58,443 bases of DNA from a virus, in the IMG/VR virus record IMGVR_UViG_3300045988_162434, positions 64,001-122,443 of that record. One strand, given 5' to 3'. Of the stretch, positions 55,287 to 58,443 are shown piece after piece. Positions within the stretch are counted from its first letter, which is position 1, and each line of letters starts with the position of its first letter. The notes beneath the pieces were generated by a model. It saw only the letters and a program-made list of their open reading frames with translations. It was not told the DNA's origin and searched no databases. The position numbers and the translations under genes are program-made.

Positions 55287-56822
55287 CTAGAAAATAGATT
55301 CAGATTCTACAGTTATTTTCAAATCTTCAATTTCACATAATTCATAATCATATTTTGTAACAAACATCGGGTCAATTCTACAAATACCTTTATTTGATTT
55401 ACACCACATCAAAACGTCTTTCCATCTTCCACGTCTATTTTTATATACTGAAATCTTAGTGTCTGGAGGGTCAAAGCCGCCTTTTTCAAGAATTGGCTTT
55501 AAAGCTTCTAGATCCTCTTGGCTAACTTTTAGCATAATCATGCCAACATCAATTTTATCAGCAATCGACTTTGCACCACGAAGAAGGTTTTGGTCATATT
55601 CTTTTGCATCTCGATAATCTCCATTTAACTGAGTTGCTGAAAGAATAAAAACCCCATATTGATTACATATATCTTTTAATGTAATGGAAATCATAAAAAG
55701 AATATTATCTTCTCTAAGGCGAACGCCGCCACTTCGTTTAGTTACTTCTTCCAAAATTTTCATTGAGGTATGCAGATAATCAAGAAAGCAATATTGAATA
55801 TCATGCTCTCTGATATTTCTTTTTATTGTATTCTCAATGTCTTTTAATGAAAAATCTGGTAATGCTTTAAAATAAATTTGACTTTGTTTTAACAATAGAG
55901 AAGCTTTAGCAACACGTTCCCATTCACCTGCAAAATAATCTGCATTTAAAATATGCTCTTCATCCACGCCAGAAACAAAAGCCAACATCATAGTTTGAAT
56001 TTCATCAATCGGCTGCTCTGTTGCAATATACAATACTTTCTGCGGCTTCCCTGTAGTAACCCATTGTCCAGATTTGAGATCATACATTTGACCGCATCCA
56101 ATGTAACAAGCATCTGCTACCATAGATCTAGTCTTACCGACACCCGTAGCCGCGGACCGCAAATAAAACTTTTTAAGTCTTGCGCCTTTTGTTATAGCAT
56201 TAACATAATGACCAAATAAAGGATATCCAATTTCAGGATTCTCCTTTAAATCTTCAAGTAATTCGTCAATGCCGAAACCAACTTGACATTCATCATTTGG
56301 AGTTTCATCTACATATGTACTTCTTATTTCATCAATTTTTTCATCAATCGTATCTGCAATCTTTTCTATTGGAGTATTATCAAACCAATCTTCTTGTTCT
56401 GCTTTCTTCTTTGTATCAAAAATATTATCTGGATCATATAACCAAGATAAATCCATGTGCGCTAATCGTTCATAACCTCTAAAAAGAGTCATTTTTTTAA
56501 GTCTGTTATAATAATAATTAAAAGTAGCTAATGATGCTACATCAGAACATTTTAATAAATACTCTCTTCCTTGATAAGCTTTATATACACCCATTTTTTT
56601 AGGACGCTGATTAAGATAATCTTCAATCGCTTCTATTGTTATAGTTTGAGCGCCCATTTTATATAAGTTATAAATAGGCTCAAAAACTATTTTATGGAAG
56701 TCATCATAAAAATCTTCTTCATCAAAAGAATATTTATCTTCTGCATCTAAAAGATTCGGATTATTAAAGACCGTTCCAATAACCTGAATCAATGCAGATT
56801 TATCAACATATTTACTTGCCAT
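55287..56822 (-). CDS. dnaB: replicative DNA helicase (DnaB family)
   Basis: Walker A SAATGVGKT. DnaB-like N-terminal domain and RecA-like C-terminal domain. 511 aa. Confidence 0.8.
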   Translation of the reverse strand: MASKYVDKSALIQVIGTVFNNPNLLDAEDKYSFDEEDFYDDFHKIVFEPIYNLYKMGAQTITIEAIEDYLNQRPKKMGVYKAYQGREYLLKCSDVASLATFNYYYNRLKKMTLFRGYERLAHMDLSWLYDPDNIFDTKKKAEQEDWFDNTPIEKIADTIDEKIDEIRSTYVDETPNDECQVGFGIDELLEDLKENPEIGYPLFGHYVNAITKGARLKKFYLRSAATGVGKTRSMVADACYIGCGQMYDLKSGQWVTTGKPQKVLYIATEQPIDEIQTMMLAFVSGVDEEHILNADYFAGEWERVAKASLLLKQSQIYFKALPDFSLKDIENTIKRNIREHDIQYCFLDYLHTSMKILEEVTKRSGGVRLREDNILFMISITLKDICNQYGVFILSATQLNGDYRDAKEYDQNLLRGAKSIADKIDVGMIMLKVSQEDLEALKPILEKGGFDPPDTKISVYKNRRGRWKDVLMWCKSNKGICRIDPMFVTKYDYELCEIEDLKITVESESIF

Positions 56823-57339
56823 CTATAGATTCTCCTTCTTCAAAATTAAAAAATTTTATTTTCTTTTTTATTTTTGGAGGTTTTATAGTTATCTCTTTTG
56901 TTCTTTGTGTTATTGAAACAACATTTTTATCTTGATTCTGTTGTTTTGCTAAAAATAAACTATAATAATAATCATATGCGTTTTGATATACATATGGCAC
57001 AATACCTATTGAACCATTTGCTTTTTCTATTGAGTTTCCTTTAACTTCAAAAAAATACACTAATGATTTTAATATACCACTATAACTATATCCATTTTCA
57101 TTGACAAATTTATTGATATACTTGTTTGTCATAGCCCAATTACAAGAATCTCCATATACTTGTTTAATATAATCTTTTAATTTTGTAAGTTCAGGGTCTT
57201 CTTTTACCGCTAAAGGTTCTAAATTAGTATTATTTGGATCGCAAGTCTGATGAGCATATCTTCTCGCACCTACTCTAACAGCTTGTACTTTATCGCGGTC
57301 AAATGACTGTCCGCATATAATACATTTTACTTTATGCAC
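56812..57339 (-). CDS. hypothetical protein with N-terminal Zn-finger-like motif (CIICG ... HQTC), GTG start. Possible helicase loader or origin-binding protein.
   Basis: ORF overlapping the dnaB start. RBS GAGGG 7 nt before the GTG. Function inferred from position only. Confidence 0.5.
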   Translation of the reverse strand: MHKVKCIICGQSFDRDKVQAVRVGARRYAHQTCDPNNTNLEPLAVKEDPELTKLKDYIKQVYGDSCNWAMTNKYINKFVNENGYSYSGILKSLVYFFEVKGNSIEKANGSIGIVPYVYQNAYDYYYSLFLAKQQNQDKNVVSITQRTKEITIKPPKIKKKIKFFNFEEGESIDGK

Positions 57340-57373
57340 TTAACAACCCTCAATTCTTCTTTAATATAATTAT

Positions 57374-57402
57374 ATTATATCATATTTTTTATTGGAAATC
57401 AA
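57374..57402 (-). promoter_or_regulatory. sigma-A promoter TTGATT-17-TGaTATAAT
   Basis: The minus strand reads TTTTTTGATTTCCAATAAAAAATATGATATAAT. Shares a roughly 22-nt box with the promoter at 50135. Confidence 0.55.
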
Positions 57403-57429
57403 AAAAGAGTTGCCATATAGACAACTCTT
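57399..57429 (-). terminator. rho-independent terminator after the AAA_24 gene (AAGAGTTG ... CAACTCTT plus T6 on the minus strand)
   Basis: 8-bp stem followed by TTTTTT on the transcribed strand. Confidence 0.6.
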
Positions 57430-57440
57430 AATTATTTATG

Positions 57441-58424
57441 CTATTTATTAGCTTCAATGAGCTTTTTAAGGTCTAAAACAATTAAACTCAAAGCTTCTGC
57501 CTGATCTCTTGTTGCTTTAGCTACGGTTTTTCCTTTACCAAGATATTTTTCAACAATCTGGCTGATGCGCGGCGCCCAGAAACTTCTAAATTTCTGACCA
57601 TCATCTGTTTCGCCACTCTGGTCTGAAGAGCCTGGAATATTAGCGACAATACTATTGAACTCTGAATATAATTTATCAAAGTCTAAATCTGCGGAAGCTT
57701 GGTTGATATTTACTCTAACATCTGTAAAATATTCTTCACCATCTTCTTCCATCTGCTTATCAATAGCTTCTCCAATAGCTCTTACTAGGTTTGGATAACT
57801 TAAATCAATATAATCTGGAGTATATTTAAAACGTGAGCCAGCTTCATATCTTGAAGTACCTCTCATAAACATAACGACTTTTTCAGATGAACCATCCTGG
57901 GTTGGCACTGAACGAGTATAACCTATGATATCACACATTCTAGCGATAACATTATTTGCTCTCTTATCAAGAGTAGGCACAATCTTATTGTATTGCTGAC
58001 CACCTTCATTTGTAAAAGTCTTATCTGTTTCATGTGAAATAATTACAAGACCATATCCAAGCTGAACGATCTTTCTTAAACATTCGTCAAATTCCTTTTC
58101 AATCATACCATAACCCTTACCGAAAGGAATATCTGAAACTGTATCTGCATCATTGTTGCTGCAAATATATTTTGAACAATAGTCATATGCAATGTCCGCA
58201 GTATCTATAATAATAGTCTCGAACCGAGCCTTTGCTTCCTCAGACATTAACTGATTTAATACTTGGCGGAACTCGCTCCAATTATTGATTGGCTGCGCCA
58301 TTGCACCTGGAATTGCGGAGTAACCTTTCTCAAAAGCTAAAAGTAGGTGATTTGGGAACTTTACAGCTGTTGTTGTCTTTCCTGTTTTCCAACCTCCATA
58401 GAGGAACACAGAATAGCCTCTCAT
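57441..58424 (-). CDS. AAA_24/Sak4-like recombination-associated ATPase
   Basis: Walker A YGGWKTGKTTTA, Walker B IIIDTADIA, VIISHETDK. 327 aa. Confidence 0.7.
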   Translation of the reverse strand: MRGYSVFLYGGWKTGKTTTAVKFPNHLLLAFEKGYSAIPGAMAQPINNWSEFRQVLNQLMSEEAKARFETIIIDTADIAYDYCSKYICSNNDADTVSDIPFGKGYGMIEKEFDECLRKIVQLGYGLVIISHETDKTFTNEGGQQYNKIVPTLDKRANNVIARMCDIIGYTRSVPTQDGSSEKVVMFMRGTSRYEAGSRFKYTPDYIDLSYPNLVRAIGEAIDKQMEEDGEEYFTDVRVNINQASADLDFDKLYSEFNSIVANIPGSSDQSGETDDGQKFRSFWAPRISQIVEKYLGKGKTVAKATRDQAEALSLIVLDLKKLIEANK

Positions 58425-58443
58425 GTCTCTACTTACTTGATGT

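Noticed and set aside
295-56482. Short ORFs (60-100 aa) embedded in or antisense to long genes: 295-519, 5365-5637(-), 6616-6927(-), 10505-10705(-), 13190-13408(-), 13991-14275(-), 14017-14199, 16639-16836, 20190-20387, 20949-21176, 23690-23923(-), 23712-23969, 24654-24839(-), 24946-25152(-), 26306-26584(-), 26433-26618, 26700-26894, 28967-29170, 29595-29825(-), 30291-30503(-), 35234-35518(-), 36669-36977(-), 37825-38034(-), 38536-38742, 38574-38795(-), 40956-41138, 43009-43230, 44265-44522, 46094-46288, 46592-46774(-), 47333-47530, 47952-48152, 49088-49273, 49584-49787, 53096-53323, 55953-56219, 56297-56482
   Set aside because: All lie wholly within longer, well-supported ORFs on the same or opposite strand. 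They have low-complexity Leu/Ile/Phe/Lys-rich translations typical of out-of-frame AT-rich sequence and no RBS. Treated as non-coding.
1-58443. Diversity-generating retroelement, CRISPR array, integrase/attP, or repressor-Cro switch
   Set aside because: No reverse-transcriptase motifs (YxDD), no spaced direct repeats, no tyrosine or serine recombinase signatures, and no divergent HTH gene pair were seen. The variable RBP heads are explained by separate paralogs rather than a template/variable-repeat pair.

Overview
The window is 58.4 kb of AT-rich (about 30-35% GC) tailed-phage DNA with Firmicutes/Clostridia-like signals: AGGAGG-type ribosome binding sites, near-consensus sigma-A promoters (TTGACA-17-TGnTATAAT), an anaerobic class III ribonucleotide reductase (NrdD), and several features also found in SPbeta-type phages (PolIII-alpha DnaE, YoqJ-like SLOG protein, very long tape measure). 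No tRNA, CRISPR array, integrase, repressor, recognisable holin/endolysin or reverse transcriptase was seen. Sigma-A promoters and strong terminators lie inside the late tail operon, so several genes there are independent transcription units (morons). All product calls are by eye from motifs. No database search was run.

Two convergent modules meet at about 39.25 kb:
- Positions 1-39,248, + strand: a late/structural operon. In order: a 5'-truncated head protein, a putative HK97-fold major capsid protein, six small head/neck proteins, a putative major tail protein, a very AT-rich unknown gene, a promoter-gene-terminator moron unit, and a 2869-aa tape measure protein. Then a 2354-aa giant tail protein (coiled-coil stalk plus GGW(T/E)I beta-helix repeats), a second moron (promoter, 59-aa ORF, N-terminal transmembrane coiled-coil protein), Dit-like and Tal-like proteins, and a tail fiber with SHAEG repeats and a discoidin-like C-terminus. 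Then a tandem array of four paralogous receptor-binding-protein-like genes with shared N-terminal and middle modules and divergent heads. The operon ends with five low-complexity Q/P/Y/M/Cys-rich genes (including a BclA C-terminal-domain-like protein) and a small HExxH protein.
- Positions 39,270-58,424, - strand: an early replication/nucleotide-metabolism module. In transcription order: AAA_24/Sak4-like ATPase, unknown Zn-finger protein, DnaB helicase, a DUF559/Vsr-like endonuclease, DnaG-type primase, Zn-ribbon protein, phage Dam-like N6-adenine methyltransferase, RecJ-like DHH exonuclease, YpsA/YoqJ-like SLOG protein, SF1 RecD/Dda-like helicase, DnaE PolIII-alpha, guanylate-kinase-like protein, NrdD, small unknowns, dUTPase, RuvC resolvase.
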